Part shown: positions 20,833-29,621 of the stretch, piece by piece
How the letters are laid out: every line of letters starts with the position of its first letter
Position numbering within the stretch: position 1 is the stretch's first letter
Assembly: GCA_050250375.1 (NCBI GenBank)
Contig: JBFWOS010000001.1
Span: forward strand, 894,361-958,360
Source: Candidatus Omnitrophota bacterium
GTDB taxonomy: Bacteria > Omnitrophota > Gorgyraeia > Zapsychrales > Zapsychraceae
DNA length: 64,000 nucleotides
Reading direction: 5' to 3'
The notes under the pieces: generated by a model
Told to the model about the DNA's origin: nothing
Seen by the model: the letters and a program-made list of their open reading frames with translations, nothing else
Databases searched by the model: none
Made by a program: the position numbers and the translations under genes

Positions 20833-22028
20833 AACAAAAAATCTTTATATTTATTCTGATTTTAATCACTCTGTTTATTCTTGAGGCCTTTTCATTCACC
20901 GGCCTGGAATTAATCCGGAGAAAAAAACATTTTGTTTACCTGCCCACGACAGAAAACATTTTCTCGGATCTGCAAAAACAGCGCATTCAGAAACTGTTAA
21001 ACCATACCGAACAATACATCACCTATCACCCCGTCCTGGGATGGACGATCAAACCTAACGGGGCTGATCCCTATCACCGGTCAAATTCACAGGGTTTCAG
21101 GGCCGATCAAGATGTGCAACCGTACCCTTCGGATAAAAAAATTCGTATATCCGCTTATGGTGATTCTTATATGCACAGCGATGATGTACAAAATGACGCG
21201 ACCTGGCTGAAGTATCTGTCAGACATTGATCCGACGTTGGAGCCTCTCAATTTCGGGGTCCCCGGATATGGGACGGACCAGTCTTTTCTGCGTTACCAGG
21301 AAACCGGGATTAAATTTCATCCTGATATCGTCATGATCGGTTTCATGAGCGAAAACCCCCGCCGAAATGTCAACGCGTTCCGCCCGTTTTATAACCGCAA
21401 GACGCAGATCCCCCTTTCCAAACCGCGATTTATCCTGGAAGGAACAAACCTGACTTTAATCGACAATCCACTCTCCGAATTAAAAGATTACCAGGAATTA
21501 CTCGACAACCCGAACGAGAATTTATTACGCCTTAGTCGTAATGATTATTATTATCAGTCGAATTACAAAAGAAGTCCGTTTGATATTTCTCAGACAGTCC
21601 GATTATTTAAAGTTCTGAAAATATTATATATTGACCGGTCAGATAAAATAATGAAACGCGGCATATATAATCCGGATTCCAACGCCTTTAAAATCACACT
21701 ATCAATCCTTGAACGTTTCTATAACACTGTCAAGAATGACGGGGCACGACCTCTCATCGTAGTGATCCCAAACAGGTATGATCTCAAGGATCTGATCGGC
21801 CATCCGGGCCGGCGTAGAATTTATAAACCTTATATTGATATGTTCAGAAAGAAAGAATGGTTATACGTCGATTTGACCGATTATTTTCTTGAAGATCCGA
21901 GAAACGATAATGTCGACCAACTTTTTGGTTCGGGAGAACATTTTTCTGCGGAAGGAAACCGCCGGGTGGCGGAATACATTTATCAATTCATAAAGGAGAA
22001 TGGACTCCTTACGAAACGAACAAATTAA
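20829..22028 (+). CDS. SGNH/GDSL hydrolase-family protein (paralog 2)
   Basis: NSQGFR, YGDSY, NFGVPGYGTDQ, EHFSAEGN; ATGA overlap with paralog 1. Confidence 0.85.
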   Translation: MKQKIFIFILILITLFILEAFSFTGLELIRRKKHFVYLPTTENIFSDLQKQRIQKLLNHTEQYITYHPVLGWTIKPNGADPYHRSNSQGFRADQDVQPYPSDKKIRISAYGDSYMHSDDVQNDATWLKYLSDIDPTLEPLNFGVPGYGTDQSFLRYQETGIKFHPDIVMIGFMSENPRRNVNAFRPFYNRKTQIPLSKPRFILEGTNLTLIDNPLSELKDYQELLDNPNENLLRLSRNDYYYQSNYKRSPFDISQTVRLFKVLKILYIDRSDKIMKRGIYNPDSNAFKITLSILERFYNTVKNDGARPLIVVIPNRYDLKDLIGHPGRRRIYKPYIDMFRKKEWLYVDLTDYFLEDPRNDNVDQLFGSGEHFSAEGNRRVAEYIYQFIKENGLLTKRTN

Positions 22029-23212
22029 TCTTTATACGGATCAAATTCATCTTCTCCGGCCATCGCCACGCCGATTGGCTTTAATGTATGCAGAATCCGA
22101 ATGGTATTTTTATGATACGCCAGGACTTCCGGAAGGCGTTTATAACAATGAGGAGATTCATCCGTTCCGGCCCCTCTTAACTCTACTCCCTGCTGATTAA
22201 CCCAGCTCATCATCATCTGGCGTGAAATCTGCCCGCCGGCCCTTTTTCGGCGGATCAAGCGTCCGGCCGCGGCGGTACGCGACATGACGCGCCCGGCCCC
22301 GTGGACCGTGGAATAAAAAGATTTCTGACTCTCATTTGATTCCACCCCCTCAATGATGACCGAAACATCCCCCATGCTGCCGCCGACAAATCCTTTCTGC
22401 CCTACAAAGGCCGGGGTTGCGCCTTTTCGCACAACCCAAAACTTTTCCCCCTGGTGTTCTTCCTGCCAGGCATAGTTGTGATGATTGTGGATCTCTTCCT
22501 GAATATTGGCCCCGATGATTCTGGCAACCCGCCGACAGACCCAGTCGCGTCCGGCATACGCGTAACGGCCGGCCAGTTTCATACAGGCAATATATTCCTG
22601 GCCGAGATTGCTTTTGATGTCCAGTAACACCGGATCGACGTTCATTCCGTCTTTCCCGCCGCCGGCTTTTATAAAATGGGTGGCCAACCGGTGTCCCAAT
22701 CCGCGTGACCCAAAGTGCACCCCAATCCAGACTCTGTCCTGCTCATCCAGAAATATATCAACATAATGGTTGCCGCTGCCTACGGTACCCAGCTGCTCCT
22801 GGGCTAATTTCTTCAGTTTTAATTCTCTGGTCACATCAATGCTCCAGGCCGGATCATCATTGAGCAGGGGATGATCGACGTATTCATTGTTCTTCATACC
22901 CACACCAAAAGAGATGATCCGGTAAATATCATCCATGATCTTCTTGATATGCCGCCGCACCTCTTTGGCCGGGGCATCAAGACGGACAGCCTTATTCCCG
23001 CAGGCGATATCATATCCCACACCGGAAGGACTGACTTTATGGCGATACGCAACAACCCCGCCGATCGGGACTGCGTAACCGGGATGATGGTCAGCCATCA
23101 AGGCGCAATAATCGGCGTCTTTCGAACAGTTCCTGATCTGGGCCAGCGCTTCATCAATAGGTTCACCCCAAACAGGAATATTGTGAATATATTGAACAGT
23201 TTTATCAGCCAT
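22025..23212 (-). CDS. rtcB: RtcB 3'-phosphate/2',3'-cyclic-phosphate RNA ligase
   Basis: GYDIACGN, LGTVGSGNHY, HFGSRG, HNHHNYA, RKGATPA, HGAGR, DESPHCYK. Confidence 0.95.
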   Translation of the reverse strand: MADKTVQYIHNIPVWGEPIDEALAQIRNCSKDADYCALMADHHPGYAVPIGGVVAYRHKVSPSGVGYDIACGNKAVRLDAPAKEVRRHIKKIMDDIYRIISFGVGMKNNEYVDHPLLNDDPAWSIDVTRELKLKKLAQEQLGTVGSGNHYVDIFLDEQDRVWIGVHFGSRGLGHRLATHFIKAGGGKDGMNVDPVLLDIKSNLGQEYIACMKLAGRYAYAGRDWVCRRVARIIGANIQEEIHNHHNYAWQEEHQGEKFWVVRKGATPAFVGQKGFVGGSMGDVSVIIEGVESNESQKSFYSTVHGAGRVMSRTAAAGRLIRRKRAGGQISRQMMMSWVNQQGVELRGAGTDESPHCYKRLPEVLAYHKNTIRILHTLKPIGVAMAGEDEFDPYKD

Positions 23213-23227
23213 AGAGTTTTTCCTGAT

Positions 23228-23884
23228 TTAAAAACTAAATACAAAACCTGTAACCAGGACATCGCGGCCGAACCATTTTTCTCCGGCTTTTTGCCTCAGC
23301 CATCTGTATCCCGTCTTGATTCTGACATTCTTATTTACTTGATACTGTAGTCCGGCGGAGATCCAGTTGGCATTAATTTCTTCGGCGTTAAAACTATAAA
23401 AGAACTCTTCTTCCAAATAAGGTTTCAATTTCATTTTTGTCAGTTCAACCGGAAACACAATCCGGATCTCATTGCGAAAACGCACATCATCTTTCAAATC
23501 ATAATTAAATTGTCTGAACTCAAAACGAGCGAGATTGCTGATAAAATATTGATGCAGATTTTTTGAGGCATAAATATTAATCATGGGCCTGTTTTCATAC
23601 CCATATTCATTATTCCTTAAAAGTGACCATGCCCCCCGGTAAGCTCCCCCGATCTTCAACCAATCATTCAGTCTATAGTCAAAACCCAGATCCGCCAATC
23701 CAAGAAAAATTTCACGCATATCGTCTCGGGAATTAAATTGCGACTTGGAAACTATAGACCATCGATCATTTATTTTTTTTTGAATAAGAAAATTATGGCT
23801 GTATCCCCAGTCTTCACTGGCGGATGCATGGGCACAAAGAACAAAAACAATTAAAAAGGAAATCGCGTAACGCAGGAAAGACAA
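23228..23884 (-). CDS. Outer-membrane beta-barrel (DUF2490-like)
   Basis: Signal peptide after TTG 23884; ENRP, RFEFR, RFRN, EEEFF, C-terminal Phe. Confidence 0.75.
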   Translation of the reverse strand: MSFLRYAISFLIVFVLCAHASASEDWGYSHNFLIQKKINDRWSIVSKSQFNSRDDMREIFLGLADLGFDYRLNDWLKIGGAYRGAWSLLRNNEYGYENRPMINIYASKNLHQYFISNLARFEFRQFNYDLKDDVRFRNEIRIVFPVELTKMKLKPYLEEEFFYSFNAEEINANWISAGLQYQVNKNVRIKTGYRWLRQKAGEKWFGRDVLVTGFVFSF

Positions 23885-23888
23885 TTGA

Positions 23889-24179
23889 TTATCTCTTAAA
23901 TAAGTTTGCGGTGATCCGTTTATGATCACGCTGGCGTCTTTTATAAGAATCAACAAGGCTTTTGTGGTCCTTACGGATACCCTCGGCCTTTTGGCTCCAC
24001 TCTTTTCGGTCCTTATATGGCTTGGATTGGTCCGGGTCTGACTCTTCCGCTTGTTTCTGCAGAACTTCAATCTCGACATGGCTGTGTAAAAATTGCTTAT
24101 ATAGCGCAAGTCCCGCATACGCTGCTGAAAAAATCCAGATTAATGAAACAATAAAAAATAGATCAATCTTTTCACCCAT
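23889..24179 (-). CDS. Small single-TM hypothetical protein
   Basis: TM followed by a charged tail; ATG 24179 is 7 nt after TATAAT of a TTGCCT-N17-TATAAT promoter. Confidence 0.6.
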   Translation of the reverse strand: MGEKIDLFFIVSLIWIFSAAYAGLALYKQFLHSHVEIEVLQKQAEESDPDQSKPYKDRKEWSQKAEGIRKDHKSLVDSYKRRQRDHKRITANLFKR

Positions 24180-24375
24180 GTGATTCATTATAGGGGAAGC
24201 CTATACTCCAGGCAATGACAATTTCATCCATACCCCATATAATTTATAAGCGATTGGTATTAAAGCACCTAAAGAGAATTCTAATTACTGATTACCTCAC
24301 AAGAGAGGGTATTCATTGATGCGTATCGTGCTATAATGATGCCGTCATTTTAGAATTAACAATAAATTATTAAAA

Positions 24376-24948
24376 ATGCCCAGAACTTTTATTGCCTTTG
24401 AAATTGATCCAGTTAATCAAAAATATCTGGCTAATCTAAAAGACCGTTTAAATTGGGGGAATGCCTCCATCAAATGGGTCAAAGCAGACAATATTCATTT
24501 AACCCTGAAATTCCTGGGTGATCTTTCTCAAAGTCAAATTGACTTAATTAAAGGAACTTTTCCAAAATTATTTACTGATTTTAATCCTGTGGCTGCTGAA
24601 ATTAACCGACTTGGTGCATTTCCGAATAGCAAACACCCGAAAGTCCTCTGGGCAGGGTTAACAGGAAAAATTGAAGCAATATCAGTAATCGTCGCCCGCC
24701 TCGAACAAGAGCTGGAATTGTTAGGTTTTCCAAAAGAACAAAAAAAATTTTCTTCTCATATCACCATCGGCCGGGTCAGATTTGAAAATAAATCGAAGAA
24801 AATCGGAGAAACGCTCCAGTCATTCTGTTTTACGCCGCCATTGCGGCAAAACTTAAATATCATCACGCTTTATGAAAGCACCTTAACCCCGCAGGGTCCG
24901 ATCTATGTCCCGCTGGTTAAAACTGAACTTGCCGATACCTCCCGTTAA
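24376..24948 (+). CDS. thpR: RNA 2',3'-cyclic phosphodiesterase (2H family)
   Basis: MPRTFIA, HLTLKFLG and HITIGR motifs, ESTLTPQGPIY. Confidence 0.93.
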   Translation: MPRTFIAFEIDPVNQKYLANLKDRLNWGNASIKWVKADNIHLTLKFLGDLSQSQIDLIKGTFPKLFTDFNPVAAEINRLGAFPNSKHPKVLWAGLTGKIEAISVIVARLEQELELLGFPKEQKKFSSHITIGRVRFENKSKKIGETLQSFCFTPPLRQNLNIITLYESTLTPQGPIYVPLVKTELADTSR

Positions 24949-25423
24949 GGCCTTTCCTCAAATACATAGGTATAACGTCCGTTTGGTGTCTGACGAAATT
25001 TTCCGGAGGCCAGATTTCCGTCATCAATCTTGCGGTCCAGAAGGATTAATTCTTTCATCGATGCCGTTGTCCCAAAGAGGGAAATACCGGCATATTCATA
25101 GCCGCCCTTTTCCCCCCAATACGGGCCTTCCCAGTTGTAATGCCCGCCTAACGCGTCTGAATTCCAATCATCCGGATCAATATAGGCCGCCATTCCGGCC
25201 GGCAAAAATTATGTGTGTCCGCCGGAAGCAAACCATTATCTTGTTCATACTTCTTAAAACCACTGGAAAACGAGAGAAGATTATCCGCGGCACGGATAAT
25301 CCGAATTTTCGTCTGTACCTTTAACAACGCGTAAGCTGAAATCCCTACGACACACACGGATATAAATATAAAAACAAAAATTACGACAATCTTAACCAAA
25401 ACATGGATAAAAAAAATTTTCAT
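24945..25423 (-). pseudogene. Pilin-like gene split by a 1-nt frameshift (or a sequencing error)
   Basis: ORFs 25148-25429 and 24945-25205 join if the A5 run at 25204-25208 were A6: ...GLLPADTHN-FLPAGMAAYIDPDDW...GGHYNWEGP. Confidence 0.65.
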
Positions 25424-25514
25424 AGTCAATTGATTATATCTTAAACGATGTTAATTTTATAAAAATCAGGTTAATTTAATCCGGTTAATATTTTCTAGGA
25501 CAAATTATTATTGT

Positions 25515-26324
25515 ATGATATTTTACTACTGTAAAATGAAAATATCATCCGGACAAAAACATATCACCGTATGCCCGGTCTGTGATCATTCCGCCTGGAA
25601 GAATATATATAAAATTGATCAATGGACCATTGACGAATGCCTGCATTGCAAATTCGCCCGCATTGATCCCCTGCCCGTCCGCACTGACCGGCCGGACATG
25701 TATACGGAAAACAAAATCACGGAACGGAATACAAAAAAAAGAGGCCTTGTCAGGCGATTGGCCCATCGTCTTAAATTCTTTTTTAACGGCATCTCCGGCC
25801 GGAATAAAAACTCAATTTTTATTAAGAAACTTCACCGTTATGTACCCCCAGGCGGTACGGTCCTTGATGGCGGCTGCGGAGCCGGCGGGATACTGCTTCA
25901 TGCACGGGACCGCTATGAGTGCCATGGAATAGAGATATCCTCTTACCTGGTGGACCTGGCCAACCGCAATGAAGGTTTGGACGTAAAACTAGGCGACCTG
26001 CAATCTTATAACTTTGGTCAACAGAAATTCGACGCGATCACGCTCGTTTCCATCATTGAACATTTGGACGATCCGCTCGGTGTTATCCAAAGGTGTTTTG
26101 AACTGTTAAAACCCAACGGTGTTTTTTTACTCAAAACACCCAATTATCAGTGCTGGAACCGATTTTTTAAACAAGACAAATGGGTCGGGTTGAGACCGCC
26201 TGACCACATTGTTTATTTTTCCCCGGCCAATTTGACTCAAATTCTGAAAAAAGCCGGCTTCAGCAAAATCCAAATAACCTCTTACCCCATGAACGACAAT
26301 ATGTACTGCGACGCCTGGAAATAA
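25515..26324 (+). CDS. Class I SAM-dependent methyltransferase with N-terminal Zn ribbon
   Basis: CPVC...CLHC, VLDGGCGAG, IIEHLDDP, PPDHIVYF. Confidence 0.9.
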   Translation: MIFYYCKMKISSGQKHITVCPVCDHSAWKNIYKIDQWTIDECLHCKFARIDPLPVRTDRPDMYTENKITERNTKKRGLVRRLAHRLKFFFNGISGRNKNSIFIKKLHRYVPPGGTVLDGGCGAGGILLHARDRYECHGIEISSYLVDLANRNEGLDVKLGDLQSYNFGQQKFDAITLVSIIEHLDDPLGVIQRCFELLKPNGVFLLKTPNYQCWNRFFKQDKWVGLRPPDHIVYFSPANLTQILKKAGFSKIQITSYPMNDNMYCDAWK

Positions 26325-26399
26325 TCCCTTCACTCCTATTTGTATTTATTTCACCCGCAGGATGATTTATAATACCAATCAACACAAAATTTAAATCTT

Positions 26400-26909
26400 T
26401 TGATCACCACCATGACTTATAGAGATAAAATTATAAAGGTCAAACAAACCATCCTTATTTCCATCTTCTGCCTGATCATTTTTACCGCCCATCCAACCCC
26501 TTTGACTTATCCGGTTTCATATGTTTTCTGGTCATACCTGCATATGATGGGATTGAATGTTTTTATGAAACCTTTCACCAGCGACATGATCTTTATGTAT
26601 GATGCCCAATTAAAAAAGACCATTTACCGTTATGATCTAAGTGTTATTTATTTTACCGGAGAAGGGCAAAAAAAAATCGATGTGCGTGATTTGTCATTTC
26701 ACCGCTGGCGGGTCCCCTTTACCTGGTTTGCCATATCCTCCATAAACGGCGAAGATGTTGCGCCGATCGTCCATACCTTATGCACGGAGTTAAAGCGGGC
26801 CCAGGGGCCGGGTTCAGGATTCATGATCAAATCTAACGCCGAAAAAGACATCTCATTAAAATACGGCATGAATAAGTTATTTGCATGTGATGAAAATGAC
26901 ACACGCTAA
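26400..26909 (+). CDS. Hypothetical membrane-anchored protein (HTTM partner)
   Basis: N-terminal TM; overlaps the start of the HTTM gene. Confidence 0.55.
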   Translation: MITTMTYRDKIIKVKQTILISIFCLIIFTAHPTPLTYPVSYVFWSYLHMMGLNVFMKPFTSDMIFMYDAQLKKTIYRYDLSVIYFTGEGQKKIDVRDLSFHRWRVPFTWFAISSINGEDVAPIVHTLCTELKRAQGPGSGFMIKSNAEKDISLKYGMNKLFACDENDTR

Positions 26910-27750
26910 AACCGCTAAATACAAAACACCATTGCTTGAAATCGGTCTGTTCAGGATCACTCTGGGCGTTTACCTGCTGTATTACAATTTATTATTGTTG
27001 CCTCATGTGTCGCTGTACTTTGGACTGGAGGGAATGTTGCCGAAATATTTTCTGCCGAAATTCCTGATGGTCGCGCCTGATTTCTTCCCCTGGCCGGAAT
27101 ATTGGTTTATCGTCCTATTTTATTCAATGATGATCCTGCTCATCTGTTTTATTCTGGGATGGCTGAATAAACTGACTTTGATTCCGCTTTTTCTCCTGCA
27201 GTTATATTTCTATCACGCTAATCCGCTGATCATCCATGAACCGCAGCCGCTGGCTAACCTGTTTCTGTTCTTATTTTTCTTTTTACCGCCCAACAGTCCG
27301 CCTTTATTGTTGAATAAAAACTCATTCGAGTTTACAGAAGACAATATCAAAGAATTAAAAAGCCTTTTAAGAATAATCATCTTCTTTTTCGGGGTGTATT
27401 ATTTATTTGTAGGATTAAAAAAGCTTCCTGATCCTTTGTGGAGGCAGGGGCTTGCGATAAAACATATCCTGCTCTGGCCGGGCATTGCGCGTCAAAACTT
27501 CATCACCGCCTTCATCACCCAGACACCGGGCGTATCCCAAGTGATATCATATGGAACTCTGCTGTTTGAGATCGGTTTTATCTTTCTGGTCTTTACCCCG
27601 TTGCGGTTTTTACTGATCGTCGGAGGGATACTTCTTCATGGGGGAATCTTCTGTACGATGGAAGTCGGCACCTTGTCCCAGGTGCTGCTGGTCTGGTACG
27701 CCTTATTGCTGGATGAACCCACCCGGGCAAAGTTTAGATGGAGAAACTAA
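26890..27750 (+). CDS. HTTM-domain membrane protein
   Basis: LFRITLG, YFGLEG, YLFVGLKKL..PLWRQG, LLFEIGF, LHGGI. Confidence 0.75.
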   Translation: MKMTHAKTAKYKTPLLEIGLFRITLGVYLLYYNLLLLPHVSLYFGLEGMLPKYFLPKFLMVAPDFFPWPEYWFIVLFYSMMILLICFILGWLNKLTLIPLFLLQLYFYHANPLIIHEPQPLANLFLFLFFFLPPNSPPLLLNKNSFEFTEDNIKELKSLLRIIIFFFGVYYLFVGLKKLPDPLWRQGLAIKHILLWPGIARQNFITAFITQTPGVSQVISYGTLLFEIGFIFLVFTPLRFLLIVGGILLHGGIFCTMEVGTLSQVLLVWYALLLDEPTRAKFRWRN

Positions 27751-27763
27751 CGTCTGCTTTGAA

Positions 27764-28792
27764 TTATTTTGATTCAACTGTGTTCGGAGAATAAACCGTC
27801 CTGGCCTCGTGGTGCGTGCCTTTCCAGATATAAGCGTCCCAGACAAAATGACAAAATAACGGCGTCAACACAACTCCCGTCAAAAAGGCCTGCGTACTGG
27901 TGGTTTCTTTATAGCGGTAAGCCTGGTTCAACGTGGTTAAAAAACTGATCGTAAAATCTTCAAAAACCGAAAAAATAACCGCCGTAAAAACTAAAAGGCC
28001 GAACACGGTCGCGAATGTTTTAAATATATGCGGGTTTAAACGCCTCAGGCTAATATCCATAATCGCAATATACGGGATCCCGTGCGCCAGCAAGATCGGG
28101 AATAAAACCTCGGCCAAGGTGTCCCCCAGCGTAAAACCGATCCCGTAAATCGAGATCGGGACGAGCATGGCCAAGAACCGGTTGAGTTCATAAATACCCT
28201 TTCTGATCAGACTTAACTCAAAGACAATCCACGCCGCTATCGTTATCAGGTAGACCGGCACACCCCAGCGGAATAACATTTGTGACGGATATAAAAACAA
28301 TTCGTCCTGTGAATAAAGGATAATCCAGTCAATCCCCCGGAAATGAAAAAGGACAAACGGCATGACCAGCAATGTGTACAAAAATCGATTGGATATCCGG
28401 CAGAAACGCCCGTTGAGTTTCTGATACCAGCGGACAACTCCGTAATATTGGCGGATCTGATGAAATATCGCGTTATACACAACCACTGACCAGAGGTAGG
28501 GTATCTTCAATTTAATCCAGGCAAACACAACAATGACAATAAGCAACGGTGTCAGCCAATACGTGACATGGGTTTGCCGTTCTTCTTTACGGAAAATCGT
28601 GCGCCACCAGGTCGTGTACGTATGCCCGGTGTCCACAAAAACAACCGCAAAAAAAGCGTACGCCGCCATCCATAGTGAATTCTCAGGAAAATTCCAGGCC
28701 AGCACCACGCCGATCCAGCCCGGCAAAAGAATCAATAAAAAATCCAGGACGGAATTCTCTAATATCCAGTTTTTAGGGTGAAATATTTTCAT
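27764..28792 (-). CDS. Polytopic membrane protein with four conserved-looking His motifs
   Basis: DTGHTYTT, FHQIRQYYG, AHGIPY, CHFVWDAYIW; start ATG 28792 after GAGG and TGnTATAAT. Confidence 0.7.
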   Translation of the reverse strand: MKIFHPKNWILENSVLDFLLILLPGWIGVVLAWNFPENSLWMAAYAFFAVVFVDTGHTYTTWWRTIFRKEERQTHVTYWLTPLLIVIVVFAWIKLKIPYLWSVVVYNAIFHQIRQYYGVVRWYQKLNGRFCRISNRFLYTLLVMPFVLFHFRGIDWIILYSQDELFLYPSQMLFRWGVPVYLITIAAWIVFELSLIRKGIYELNRFLAMLVPISIYGIGFTLGDTLAEVLFPILLAHGIPYIAIMDISLRRLNPHIFKTFATVFGLLVFTAVIFSVFEDFTISFLTTLNQAYRYKETTSTQAFLTGVVLTPLFCHFVWDAYIWKGTHHEARTVYSPNTVESK

Positions 28793-28865
28793 TAAACCTC
28801 TGTATGTTCCAATTATAACACTTATCTCCGATTTGAGAGAACTCATGTTAAAACTTTGGATTTAC

Positions 28866-28905
28866 AAAAAAAGAGGACAGCTCTTTTTTCAAGAACTGTC
28901 CTCTT
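28866..28905 (-). terminator. Intrinsic terminator closing the attenuated cassette
   Basis: Minus strand AAGAGGACAGTTCTT-GAAA-AAGAGCTGTCCTCTT-like stem followed by a U tract. Confidence 0.85.
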
Positions 28906-28924
28906 ACCAACATTGATGAGGCAT
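28904..28924 (-). CDS. Putative 6-codon micro-ORF (MPHQCW)
   Basis: GGGAGA SD 9 nt upstream; the stop codon overlaps the base of the terminator stem. Confidence 0.25.
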   Translation of the reverse strand: MPHQCW

Positions 28925-29003
28925 AATAATTTTTCTCCCGTTCATTTTCAATGGGTTTCATTTAAAAAATGAACGCGGCTCGCCATTGAATATGGCGGCT
29001 CTT

Positions 29004-29276
29004 TTAGAAACTCAAACGGGCTCTCTCCTTGGCTGAGGCCTCGTAAACAAGACCTTTTTTCAGTCTAAGGACATGACGGGAAATAATCTTCTGAATTTCG
29101 TCCTGTTCAACACCGTAACGTTTGGCTACTTCAATCAATTCAGGGCATTCTTCATATTTCTCTTTATAAAGGGCCTCTTTCAAATAAAGTAACGCCGTTA
29201 CTTTCAACAGATTTTCCCGTGAGTTTAAGTTTCGATTGGTTTTGTTTTCTTGATTTATGAATCTGTTTTTCATCAT
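29004..29276 (-). CDS. Small basic helical hypothetical protein (89-90 aa)
   Basis: SD AAAGGAGA; central LKEALYKEKYEECPELI resembles a UVR-type helical hairpin. Confidence 0.8.
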   Translation of the reverse strand: MMKNRFINQENKTNRNLNSRENLLKVTALLYLKEALYKEKYEECPELIEVAKRYGVEQDEIQKIISRHVLRLKKGLVYEASAKERARLSF

Positions 29277-29306
29277 CTTCTCCTTTTGTATTTTCTTGTG
29301 AAACCG

Positions 29307-29399
29307 TCAGCTTTTCTCTTTGTTTTCCGAATTGTCCAGCCTTCTCTGGTTGGACATCCACTTAACCAGCGTGATGACAAATAATACGTCCATCGCCAT
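29307..29399 (-). CDS. 30-aa peptide MAMDVLFVITLVKWMSNQRRLDNSENKEKS
   Basis: Below the ORF-track cutoff; preceded by a perfect SD, AAAGGAGGTGATC (29403-29415). Confidence 0.7.
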   Translation of the reverse strand: MAMDVLFVITLVKWMSNQRRLDNSENKEKS

Positions 29400-29446
29400 A
29401 TTGATCACCTCCTTTGTTTATTTAATTATGTTCACTTACGCACCTT

Positions 29447-29491
29447 AAAATAAAAAAGCCACCTGACTCACTGAAGAGTAGGTGGCTTTAG
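29447..29491 (-). terminator. Attenuator terminator (3:4 hairpin)
   Basis: AAAGCCACCT-ACTC-TTCAGT-GAGT-C-AGGTGGCTTT followed by TTTATTTT, located upstream of the coding genes. Confidence 0.9.
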
Positions 29492-29522
29492 AAATTTCCA
29501 ATCAAATTATTTAATTAATGAC

Positions 29523-29612
29523 CTAAAACACACCTCTCTCCGCCGGCTTTCTCCAGACCGGAAAAAGCTTAATACAGACGGCATGCATGTTTTGAGTCAT
29601 TAATGTTTTCAT
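29523..29612 (-). CDS. Putative 29-aa leader peptide MKTLMTQNMHAVCIKLFPVWRKPAERGVF
   Basis: ATG 9 nt after the -10 box; the stop codon lies within the antiterminator strand. Confidence 0.65.
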   Translation of the reverse strand: MKTLMTQNMHAVCIKLFPVWRKPAERGVF

Positions 29613-29621
29613 AACGTCAAG

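Noticed and set aside
23885-24118. N-terminal extension of ORF 23228-24118
   Set aside because: It overlaps a separate gene, and the signal peptide starts after TTG 23884.
29164-29361. 65-aa ORF MDVQPEK
   Set aside because: It has no SD and overlaps two better-supported ORFs that have strong SDs.
29447-29620. FMN riboswitch or T-box, given the neighbouring ribD-like gene and cysS
   Set aside because: The element lies downstream of those genes, has its own promoter, and lacks the FMN aptamer and T-box (UGGNACC) consensus.
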